NCBI GenBank assembly: GCA_964342465.1
Contig: CAYFFQ010000004.1
Location: 95,077 to 159,076, forward strand
DNA from: an uncultured Candidatus Poseidoniales archaeon
GTDB lineage: Archaea > Thermoplasmatota > Poseidoniia > Poseidoniales > Thalassarchaeaceae
Reading direction: 5' to 3'
Length of the DNA stretch: 64,000 nt
Position 1 is the stretch's first letter; each line of letters opens with the position of its first letter. Of this stretch, positions 8,166 through 15,391 are shown in pieces. The notes beneath the pieces were generated by a model that had not been told where the DNA came from, made no database searches, and was given only the letters and a program-made list of their open reading frames with translations. The translations under genes were made by a program, and so were the position numbers.

Positions 8166-11066
8166 TCAAGCGGCTACTTCTTCTGCTTTGATGCTGGCGA
8201 CCGCATCAGCGAGATTATCTCCCGCATTTTTCTCTTCCAATTGTCTAGCGAGGAAGGTGACTACATCTGTGATCTCGAAGTCATAGGCGGGGTCGCCTTC
8301 GAACTTGAGGCACTCGAAGTGAGCAACACACTTGGGGCAGGAAGTGACCATCATCTCTGCTCCGCTGTCGATTACTTCCTTGAATCTCTGGACACGGATG
8401 GTTCGGCTGTCCTCATTACATGACATCATGGATGAGACTCCGCAGCAGAGAGCATCTTCCCGGGAATGTACCATCTCGACGAGGTCAACACCACCTACGG
8501 CTGAAATCAATTCTCTCGGTTCATCATAGATGTTCATCTGTCGCCCCAGTCTGCATGGGTCGTGGAATGTGACCTTCTTCGGGCAGGAGGTGTTGAGTTC
8601 AACATCGAAGCCGGCTTCTTTGAGGTATTCGGTGGTGTGCATGACCTTGATGCCCTCAAGGCCGTAGTCCATGGCGAATGTTCGGAAACATTCGGCACAA
8701 CTGCTGACCAGTGTATCAATTCCACTCGCTTCAAGTTTCGCCTTGTTGTGGGCCTTCAGTTTGTCAAAGACATCATCCAATCCCTGCCATTTCTGGTCAT
8801 GCCCACAACATTTCAGGAAATCTCGTCCGAGGTAGGAGACATCGACACCCATTTCATCGAACAGGGTGAAGGCGGCGGTAGTCGTCTCTCCTAGATTCAT
8901 CTCGCCCCTGTTGAGATGACTGAAGACCATGTCTTGGTCGAGATAGTCTACACATCCGGGGTAGTAGCCTACATTGGATGATATCGGGTATTCATCCACT
9001 GTCATGAACTCTTCGTCGGCATCACTTTCCGCCTCAGCGTTGATAATCGCCTGCAGAACTGTGTGCGGAATGTTGGCGGCTGGTGGGCCACCGACAATCA
9101 GATTGCGCCTGATATCCACATACGAATCGTAGTCGACCAACTGTGGGCAGGCATTGGTACACGCTGAACAGGTCAGACATGAGAAGAGTGGCACACCATC
9201 GTCTTCGTTGTTCCAAGTGTTGTAGATGATGTTCAGTTTGTCTCCACCGGTGAAGAGACGAACCGGACAGGCGTCATCACAGAGGTCACAACCGTAACAC
9301 TTGTTCATCTCGTATTCGTAGCCACGAGCCATGCTCCGGAGGAGGACATAGACCATCGCACCCAAGCCCAATGGGGGAATGAAAAGTGAGTAGGTAAGTT
9401 TAGCGTCCAGCGCCTTCGGATTCTTGTGGAATGTAGGGTTGGTCATCACCAATCCGGCGAGGTCATCGTCTGACACACCTGCAAGGGTCATCTCAGTGAC
9501 ATTACCGCGGTCGAGTGCCATTCCGGTATCTGGATTGAGGATAAGTGGCTGGAATACTGAGACTGCGGTGGTAGCATCTACCACAACACTGCTGTTTCCT
9601 GAGTCGAACTCGGAATCGAATGTCATCATCACCGTGTAATCTCCTGGCGAAGCGTCGAATGTCTTAGTCGTGCAGGTCATGCCTTCCTCGAGGTCACCAG
9701 CCAATGAGGCGACTACGACTCCTGCTGCATCCTTCACCGTCATCGATATGGAGTGGTCGCCAGCCTTGCGAGTTGATGTTCGGAATGTGCATCCAAGGTC
9801 CATTGACAATTCTTCCACTCCGAGGTCTTCTACACTCATCGTATAGGTGTTGGAAATGGAATTGTCACCGGAGAAGGAGAGGACATCACTGTACCCATTG
9901 ACACCTCCGGTGACGACCCCCTCGCTGCTGTGTGTCTCGATATGGTTGTTAGCATCATTGAAGTCGATTAAAGTCGCTTGAACGGGTTGGTATATTCCCC
10001 AATTCATCCAGTGGACAGCGGGAAGAAGGCAGTATTCACCTCTGTCGGCGGCATCAGCGCCACTGAACTTGGAATCCTGCCAAAGAACACTTCCCGAACT
10101 CGCTCCATAGGAGAGACAGTTGCCACTCATGCTATCCCAATCATGCCCCTCACCATACACGACAAGCGTATCCTGAGGTTGATTTCTGAGCGTCGCAAGT
10201 TCATCGACTTCGTCCATCGCACCCAATCCACCCATGTCCCAAAACCCGCCTTCGTAGATAGGCCAAGAGACGACAGATAGCAGCACCGCGATGATTAGTG
10301 CCCCCAATCCGACCATCCTGCCGATTCGGGGGGTGGCTCGCGAACCAGCCGCCTTGATGAGATATGACTTGGCTAGGAAAAAGAGAACTATCCAGATGAG
10401 GATTCCAGTCAGAATCCATGGAATGGCGTTGAAGAGGTCGGCAATCCACGGCTCCCTGACACCGCAACTTAGTCCTGCATGGGAATTTAGTAGACAGAAA
10501 TCTGAACGATTCTTCCCATACAGGAGCAAAAATATGTTTATCGAAAAGACGGAGATGAACCAGATGTGAGCGAGGTAAATCACTCCAGCCGCTGCGAACC
10601 ACGGGTCTTCCACACCTCTCTTGGCACGCCCACCGAGGAAAGGGGGAAGCGCGAGTATTCCGACTGGGAAACCGGTTAGGAATGCACCCCACCATCCAGC
10701 ATTCCAAGAGATGACAGGACTTCCGAAGAAGTCAGCGATTATCTGTGGGAGAGGGATGTCAAACTGCGGAAGGTATTCCCCCCATCGGAGATATCCATAG
10801 GAGAAGAGCACATACCAGTCTGGAAAGACGAACCCCGCCTGAGCGAATGGGTCTGCGGCGCTGTGGAGAGGTGGTGGAATCAACCACGAATAAAAGCATA
10901 ACACAGCCGTCATAGCGGCAAGAACGATTGTATCGCGCAGAACTTCATGCGGCCACAATGGATGGCCGACGAATGTTCTCTGCCGCCCCACCTCTGCATC
11001 TAGGAGTTTGTCCTTTTCCTGCATATAGACATCGGCAATGCGGCCAAAATTATCGAACATACCCAT
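8166..11066 (-). CDS. Fusion protein: cytochrome b C-terminal (subunit IV-like) domain + ~290 aa extracytoplasmic domain + TM + HdrD/GlpC-like Fe-S/CCG domain
   Basis: aa 1-270 are polytopic with the Qo-site-like motif FPDWYVLFSYGYL (PEWY equivalent). aa ~270-555 are hydrophilic with NxS/T sequons. A TM helix follows (LFIPPLGLGAMVYVLL). After it come CYGCDLCDDACP and CLTCSACTNACP (two 4Fe-4S motifs, nt ~9141-9300) and two CCG-type Cys-rich repeats (FLKCCGHD ~8799-8820, ALCCGVSS ~8441-8456, plus HDPC and SCPKC). Confidence 0.8.
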   Translation of the reverse strand: MGMFDNFGRIADVYMQEKDKLLDAEVGRQRTFVGHPLWPHEVLRDTIVLAAMTAVLCFYSWLIPPPLHSAADPFAQAGFVFPDWYVLFSYGYLRWGEYLPQFDIPLPQIIADFFGSPVISWNAGWWGAFLTGFPVGILALPPFLGGRAKRGVEDPWFAAAGVIYLAHIWFISVFSINIFLLLYGKNRSDFCLLNSHAGLSCGVREPWIADLFNAIPWILTGILIWIVLFFLAKSYLIKAAGSRATPRIGRMVGLGALIIAVLLSVVSWPIYEGGFWDMGGLGAMDEVDELATLRNQPQDTLVVYGEGHDWDSMSGNCLSYGASSGSVLWQDSKFSGADAADRGEYCLLPAVHWMNWGIYQPVQATLIDFNDANNHIETHSSEGVVTGGVNGYSDVLSFSGDNSISNTYTMSVEDLGVEELSMDLGCTFRTSTRKAGDHSISMTVKDAAGVVVASLAGDLEEGMTCTTKTFDASPGDYTVMMTFDSEFDSGNSSVVVDATTAVSVFQPLILNPDTGMALDRGNVTEMTLAGVSDDDLAGLVMTNPTFHKNPKALDAKLTYSLFIPPLGLGAMVYVLLRSMARGYEYEMNKCYGCDLCDDACPVRLFTGGDKLNIIYNTWNNEDDGVPLFSCLTCSACTNACPQLVDYDSYVDIRRNLIVGGPPAANIPHTVLQAIINAEAESDADEEFMTVDEYPISSNVGYYPGCVDYLDQDMVFSHLNRGEMNLGETTTAAFTLFDEMGVDVSYLGRDFLKCCGHDQKWQGLDDVFDKLKAHNKAKLEASGIDTLVSSCAECFRTFAMDYGLEGIKVMHTTEYLKEAGFDVELNTSCPKKVTFHDPCRLGRQMNIYDEPRELISAVGGVDLVEMVHSREDALCCGVSSMMSCNEDSRTIRVQRFKEVIDSGAEMMVTSCPKCVAHFECLKFEGDPAYDFEITDVVTFLARQLEEKNAGDNLADAVASIKAEEVAA

Positions 11067-11081
11067 TCAGATGACCCCCTC

Positions 11082-11951
11082 TCAATGCGGCTCCGCAATA
11101 CCTTGCACCCAAACGATGAACAGGTGAATGATGATGAGTGTGGTGACGATGACGGGCAGAATGAATACATGTAGGAAGTACATCCTCGTCACTGTGGCGC
11201 CTGAGAGTGAGGTCCCACCGAATAGCATGATTGCTGCCCAATTACCTATCAGTGGGGTGGATTTCGCCATGGCGATACCGATGGTCGCTGCCCCGAAAGC
11301 GAGAGCATCCCACGGGAGCAGATATCCGGAATATCCGAAGACGATTGTCAGCAGCATTAGTCCAACTCCGATTAGCCAGTTCAACTCACGTGGGTTTCGG
11401 TAGGCGCCGGTGAAGTAGACGCGGCACATGTGGAGGAAGACCGAAGCCACCATGAAGTGTGTCCCCCAGTGGTGGATGCTTCTGATGATGTAGCCGAACG
11501 GAAGTGAGGTCATGATGAACTCCATACTTGCGTAGGCGGGGGTTGTATCGCCTTCACCCCCCGGCACATAGTAGATGCCGAGAATGGTGCCGGTGATGAC
11601 TAGGATGATGAAGGCGAGAAAAGATATTCCACCTAGACAGTAGAGTGGATACCAATACCAAATTATTCGAAGTTTGTACTTCTCAGAGTGGGTCAGAGGC
11701 ATCTGTCGATGCACCGAGTAGTATGCGTCGCGGCTCATCGCCCAATAGTCCTGAATACGGAAACGTGTGTCAAGCCAAGAAAAGGTCCACAGAAACAACT
11801 TCTCAGCCATCCCCATTTTACCGACCGATTCGACGGCGCGGAGTATCTCCTTGCGAGGCACATCCTCACCTTCTTTTCTCAGAGTGAGAGCCACCAAGAC
11901 CGTGACGATGATGATAAAGAGCCACAGAAACCAGAATTGTAGTAACATCAT
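11082..11951 (-). CDS. Cytochrome b, N-terminal (b6-like, di-haem) subunit
   Basis: SIHHWGTHFMVASVFLHMCRVYFTGAYRNPRELNWLIGVGLMLLTIVFGYSGYLLPWD is the classic cytochrome b/b6 helix B-D region with paired haem-ligand His residues. Confidence 0.9.
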   Translation of the reverse strand: MMLLQFWFLWLFIIIVTVLVALTLRKEGEDVPRKEILRAVESVGKMGMAEKLFLWTFSWLDTRFRIQDYWAMSRDAYYSVHRQMPLTHSEKYKLRIIWYWYPLYCLGGISFLAFIILVITGTILGIYYVPGGEGDTTPAYASMEFIMTSLPFGYIIRSIHHWGTHFMVASVFLHMCRVYFTGAYRNPRELNWLIGVGLMLLTIVFGYSGYLLPWDALAFGAATIGIAMAKSTPLIGNWAAIMLFGGTSLSGATVTRMYFLHVFILPVIVTTLIIIHLFIVWVQGIAEPH

Positions 11952-11959
11952 CTCATCTC

Positions 11960-12835
11960 CTAATTGCAGAATGTGTACCAGTCGAGAATCTCGACCACAC
12001 CCTCCGCTTCAAAATCGATCGCTTCCATTACATCGTTATTGACAACGAATGGAATCAGAGGCATGCCCACCGGTGCAGGGCCGCCCGTTCGTTTGACACC
12101 GAAATACTCGAAGGATGAACCGGTGTCCTTGTTGATGTTGGTGTTCTTTTCAATGACAGTGGGGTCGAACCGTGATGAATGACAAATGCAGAATAGTTTG
12201 TTTCCGCCAGAATCGAGGCCGCCGGGAATCCAGTTGTCAGCGGTGAAATCGTTGGCAACGAGTTGCCAGCCGGGGATGCAACAGAGGTGCGGGCAGCGAG
12301 ACATGATGATGATGATGTTGTCGTGAATCTTGAGGACAGACAATTTCTCATCCTCTTCTATTTCACCGCCATAACCGATGACAGCTCCGGTCTGGTCGAC
12401 ACCATCCATGAATTGGAATCTAACTCCACCCGATGAAGTCGGTGAATTCTTGTTTTCATCGTGTGGGACATAGACGACAGTGACCGGCATCCCACCCCAA
12501 ACGCCCTGTGCTCCAGCCATGCCAGTGGCGCTCTTCGCCGCTTCGCCCTCGAAGTCAGACTTCTTCATCGGCTCTTGGTGCTTCGAGCCATACCAAACGA
12601 CATCTTCCTGTCCCTTCGGCACCCAGAAGAGGATGGCGTTGTTGCCACCATCTCCATCCTGCGTTCCCATCAGGAGTGAGGCGAATCCGATTGAGCCGAG
12701 ACTTGCCATCGTTATCACGCCGGCTGCGGAATTGAAAGAATAGCGCATGAACTTCCGCCTGTCGAGGCTGTATCCGGGTGTTGGTGTAGGCTCGCCTGCT
12801 GCTGGAGAGGGCCGCAGTCTGAATTCTCTAGCCAT
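11960..12835 (-). CDS. Rieske [2Fe-2S] protein with Tat-like signal
   Basis: Rieske box I CPHLCC and box II CICHSSRF. The N-terminus has RRKFMRYS followed by a hydrophobic stretch (twin-arginine-like signal/anchor). Confidence 0.9.
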   Translation of the reverse strand: MAREFRLRPSPAAGEPTPTPGYSLDRRKFMRYSFNSAAGVITMASLGSIGFASLLMGTQDGDGGNNAILFWVPKGQEDVVWYGSKHQEPMKKSDFEGEAAKSATGMAGAQGVWGGMPVTVVYVPHDENKNSPTSSGGVRFQFMDGVDQTGAVIGYGGEIEEDEKLSVLKIHDNIIIIMSRCPHLCCIPGWQLVANDFTADNWIPGGLDSGGNKLFCICHSSRFDPTVIEKNTNINKDTGSSFEYFGVKRTGGPAPVGMPLIPFVVNNDVMEAIDFEAEGVVEILDWYTFCN

Positions 12836-12838
12836 CCT

Positions 12839-13291
12839 TCACACCTCATATTTCTGCCAACTCTCGGGGTCCTTGGGAGCGACGAACTTGCCCCGCCTGT
12901 GTTTGACAATGACGAGGTCTGGAGCCACCCACTTCAGGTAGACAATGCCCATTATGATTAGTGTCACCATGGTCATGCCGAGATGGAATGAGAGTTGCTG
13001 CTGGTCCCATCCGTGGTAGAGTCCGTATGAGAGTGAGCCAGCCCAATAGAGGGTCCAGGCCACCCCCCAGAGAAAGACAAGAATAACCAGTGCAGAGGTT
13101 CCTGAAGGTGCCAGTGAAGCGCGCACTACAGTGCCCGGTTCGACCCTGTTGAATACTCCGTGGTCGATGGCCGCTTCGTAGGTTTCCTCGTCGAGGTCGA
13201 AATCACTCAGGGCAGTTCGCGCGTCGGCGACACTCACCTTGCCGGAGGCGACATCCCTGAGCATCTGGGTGATGACATCCTTCTCCATCAT
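12839..13291 (-). CDS. Membrane protein (2 TM) of unknown function in the respiratory operon
   Basis: 150 aa. Soluble acidic N-terminal ~60 aa, then two hydrophobic helices (ALVILVFLWGVAWTLYWAG, LGMTMVTLIIMGIVYL). Ends 3 nt before the Rieske gene start. Confidence 0.5.
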   Translation of the reverse strand: MMEKDVITQMLRDVASGKVSVADARTALSDFDLDEETYEAAIDHGVFNRVEPGTVVRASLAPSGTSALVILVFLWGVAWTLYWAGSLSYGLYHGWDQQQLSFHLGMTMVTLIIMGIVYLKWVAPDLVIVKHRRGKFVAPKDPESWQKYEV

Positions 13292-13362
13292 CGACCACCC
13301 CTCTTGGCTAGGTAATCGTCAAGGGCGTCCTTCCAGACTTGCAAGTTCAGAGGATTGCTCAT
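13288..13362 (-). CDS. Speculative 24-aa micro-ORF bridging two operon genes
   Basis: My translation is ATG(13362) MSNPLNLQVWKDALDDYLAKRGGR TGA(13288). Its ATG overlaps the upstream stop as ATGA (13359-13362), and its TGA overlaps the downstream ATG (13288-13291). Too short for the ORF track, and there is no homology evidence. Confidence 0.2.
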   Translation of the reverse strand: MSNPLNLQVWKDALDDYLAKRGGR

Positions 13363-14186
13363 AGTTGGTCACCTCTCCTCAGATGTCTGATTCGCAGTTG
13401 CAGCAGATTGGTGCGGCCGGTGTAGTGGCGGCTGAAACCGTAACGTAGGAAGAAACCACAGAAGATGATGACAGAGATGACAGCGCCGAATCCGAGTAAG
13501 CCGAGCCAGTGGGCGCGGAAGGGTGCGCCCATGCTGTGCAAGTCGATGTGGCCGCTGTCGACGGCCGGCGGTTGGATATTGCCATCGCCGGCCATTATAG
13601 TCCGAGTGTCGCCGTTGTCGCTACCTTCTTTGAGAGTTACAGAGAGGCGGTTGTAGGCGTCAGGAGCCATTGGCGCGCCATTGCCATCAACGGCGTTTCC
13701 AGACAACCACACGGTCACATCACCACTCCCAGTGGCGGGTGCTGTCCATGTCACCACCCACAGTCTGTCAGCCACCTGAGAGCCATCAGACGAGTGTGTC
13801 ATCGTCTGTTCTGAGCCATCATTGTCAACAAGAGTCTCAAAGCCAGCAGCGGCCGCGAGCATGCCACTGGAAACCCGCATCGAGAATCCACCCGTGGGTG
13901 AGTGGCCGCCAGCGATATCAGGCCCACCGATGAGTTGGATGGTGAAGGTGTAGGTTGTTCCTTCCATCCATGCGTAGGGTACGCCGTCGAGAATGAGGGT
14001 CACACTGTCAGAGGGGGCGATTTCGTTGTTGGTGTGGCAGGTACAACCGTTCTTGGCGACATCTGTTCCACCCTCTGCGACATCTCCGGTTATTCCGTCC
14101 GATTCTGCAATCGAGGCGCCAGCAAGCAGGAGTGCGGATAGGAGCAGAACCACCGCCAGTTTGAGGTCGTTGATTTTACCACCCAT
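13359..14186 (-). CDS. Secreted, C-terminally membrane-anchored protein, Reeler/DOMON-like pattern; first gene of the respiratory operon
   Basis: Signal peptide (LKLAVVLLLSALLLAGASIA). It has NGCTCH, TYTFTIQLIGG, GGFSMRV, MTHSS and WVVTWTAPATGSGDVTVWLSGNAVDGNG, an order of motifs resembling Reeler-type domains. A C-terminal TM (LGLLGFGAVISVIIFCGFFL) is followed by a basic tail. Confidence 0.6.
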   Translation of the reverse strand: MGGKINDLKLAVVLLLSALLLAGASIAESDGITGDVAEGGTDVAKNGCTCHTNNEIAPSDSVTLILDGVPYAWMEGTTYTFTIQLIGGPDIAGGHSPTGGFSMRVSSGMLAAAAGFETLVDNDGSEQTMTHSSDGSQVADRLWVVTWTAPATGSGDVTVWLSGNAVDGNGAPMAPDAYNRLSVTLKEGSDNGDTRTIMAGDGNIQPPAVDSGHIDLHSMGAPFRAHWLGLLGFGAVISVIIFCGFFLRYGFSRHYTGRTNLLQLRIRHLRRGDQL

Positions 14187-14391
14187 GCTACCCTCAACCT
14201 AAGTTGAATCGGCGGAATTGTATAGGTCTAATAATCGTTTGCTGACCACTAGGTGCAAGAGGGATTGCAGTAGTCCGTTCACAGTCACTCAATGATGCCG
14301 TCTAGTAGTACTGGCTGAACCACTTCTCAGAAGAGAGTGGTTGGAACGCCCAACATACAATCTCACACTTTGGGTGGATAAGGGTGATTGA

Positions 14392-14500
14392 AGGTCGAAG
14401 TTGCGCTCCACACCCCAAGATGGGCAGACCTACCAACAAATCGGCTACCTATGTGGGAGGGTGTCGTAGTTGCGCTCCACACCCCCATCTGGGCAGACCT
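14392..14500. repeat. Two-copy direct repeat, 32-40 bp core, 69 bp period
   Basis: GTTGCGCTCCACACCCCAAGATGGGCAGACCT (14400-14431) versus GTTGCGCTCCACACCCCCATCTGGGCAGACCT (14469-14500). The copies differ only in the central AAGAT/CATCT. Intergenic, upstream of the TPR gene. Confidence 0.8.
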
Positions 14501-14617
14501 TTCAGTTCACGGACATCAAATGGACCACTCACCCCGTGGTGCAGGTTTCTACAATCGGCCGACCATATTTCAGAAGAGATGAAAGGGAGAAGTTCTCTCC
14601 ATCAATCAGTGGTGAGA

Positions 14618-14920
14618 ATGGCGGAGAAGGGTTGGGCCAACATCTACAATCTATCCGATAGTCAGATATCTGACCTCGATGAAGCTGAGAGAAGGATGGA
14701 GATGCATGACTTGACCGGTTCGGAGGAATTGTTGTTGACGATGTTGGAGCAGGATGCGGAGTGCATCCCAGTTCTGAGCAATCTTGGACACCTGTATGGG
14801 AAATACTTCACCGATTTCGAAAAGGCGATTGAGTACTATAGGAGAGTGCTTGAATTGGAGCCGGACAATGCTTGGGCGCGTGATGAGCGCCGCCGATACG
14901 AACGCTACGCCTCCTACTGA
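14618..14920 (+). CDS. Small TPR-repeat protein
   Basis: The C-terminal LSNLGHLYGKYFTDFEKAIEYYRRVLELEPDNAWA is a textbook TPR unit. Start set at ATG 14618 (MAEKGW; ATG 14579 also possible). The track's longer N-terminus (from 14384) is translated from the intergenic repeat. Confidence 0.6.
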   Translation: MAEKGWANIYNLSDSQISDLDEAERRMEMHDLTGSEELLLTMLEQDAECIPVLSNLGHLYGKYFTDFEKAIEYYRRVLELEPDNAWARDERRRYERYASY

Positions 14921-15126
14921 CGCTCTCTCTCCTGCAAACAGTGCCCACACCACATGCCTTGCGACCATTTTTCCGAGAAGCGCGGCTCAACCAGCCATTT
15001 CTCCTTGGCAGTAGAAAGGTGGGAGATAATCCTCTCCCCTCTCGGGGTGGATGGTCAACCTCTCATCTGTTGTCGTGGTGGTCACTGGTCAGCGCGCTGA
15101 GATTCACATACCCTTCACGACACTCG

Positions 15127-15366
15127 TCTGCTGTAGTAGGGTGACAACCACAAAACTACAACTTCCGGCAGAAAGGGGAGAAATCAGCGAGATACTCTGC
15201 TGAGATAGGGTGACAAACACAAACTACAACTTCCGGCAGAAAGGGGAGACATCAGTGAGATACTCTACTGAGATAGGGTGACAAACACAAACTACAACTT
15301 CCGGCAGAAAGGGGAGACATCAGCGAGATACTCTACTGAGATAGGGTGACAAACACAAACTACAAC
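15127..15366. repeat. Tandem repeat, 68 bp unit x ~3.5
   Basis: The unit GGGTGACAAACACAAACTACAACTTCCGGCAGAAAGGGGAGACATCAGCGAGATACTCTACTGAGATA recurs at 15139, 15208, 15276 and 15344 with few substitutions. It ends 26 nt before the ftsZ-like start. Confidence 0.9.
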
Positions 15367-15391
15367 CGCCTTCCACCCTCTCGGTTGGAAT

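Noticed and set aside
10201-10707. 168 aa minus-strand ORF in an alternative frame within the 966 aa fusion gene.
   Set aside because: It overlaps the well-supported cytochrome b C-terminal domain frame. It has an Arg/Cys/Pro-rich nonsense-like composition.
14286-14345. Candidate C/D-box sRNA (ATGATGC ... CTGA) followed by an ACCACTTCTC-AGAA-GAGAGTGGT hairpin.
   Set aside because: The C box deviates from RUGAUGA. No C'/D' pair or terminal stem is present, and the spacing (16 nt) is atypical. The hairpin alone is insufficient to call an ncRNA.
14384-14617. N-terminal 78 aa extension of the TPR protein, and similarly 56544-56744 for the secreted protein and 63083-63235 for psmB.
   Set aside because: The extensions are translated from the intergenic direct repeats (RSCAPHP... 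x2, VCCMSFH x2). For psmB the extension would give an implausibly long propeptide. Internal ATGs give sensible N-termini (signal peptide, short propeptide).
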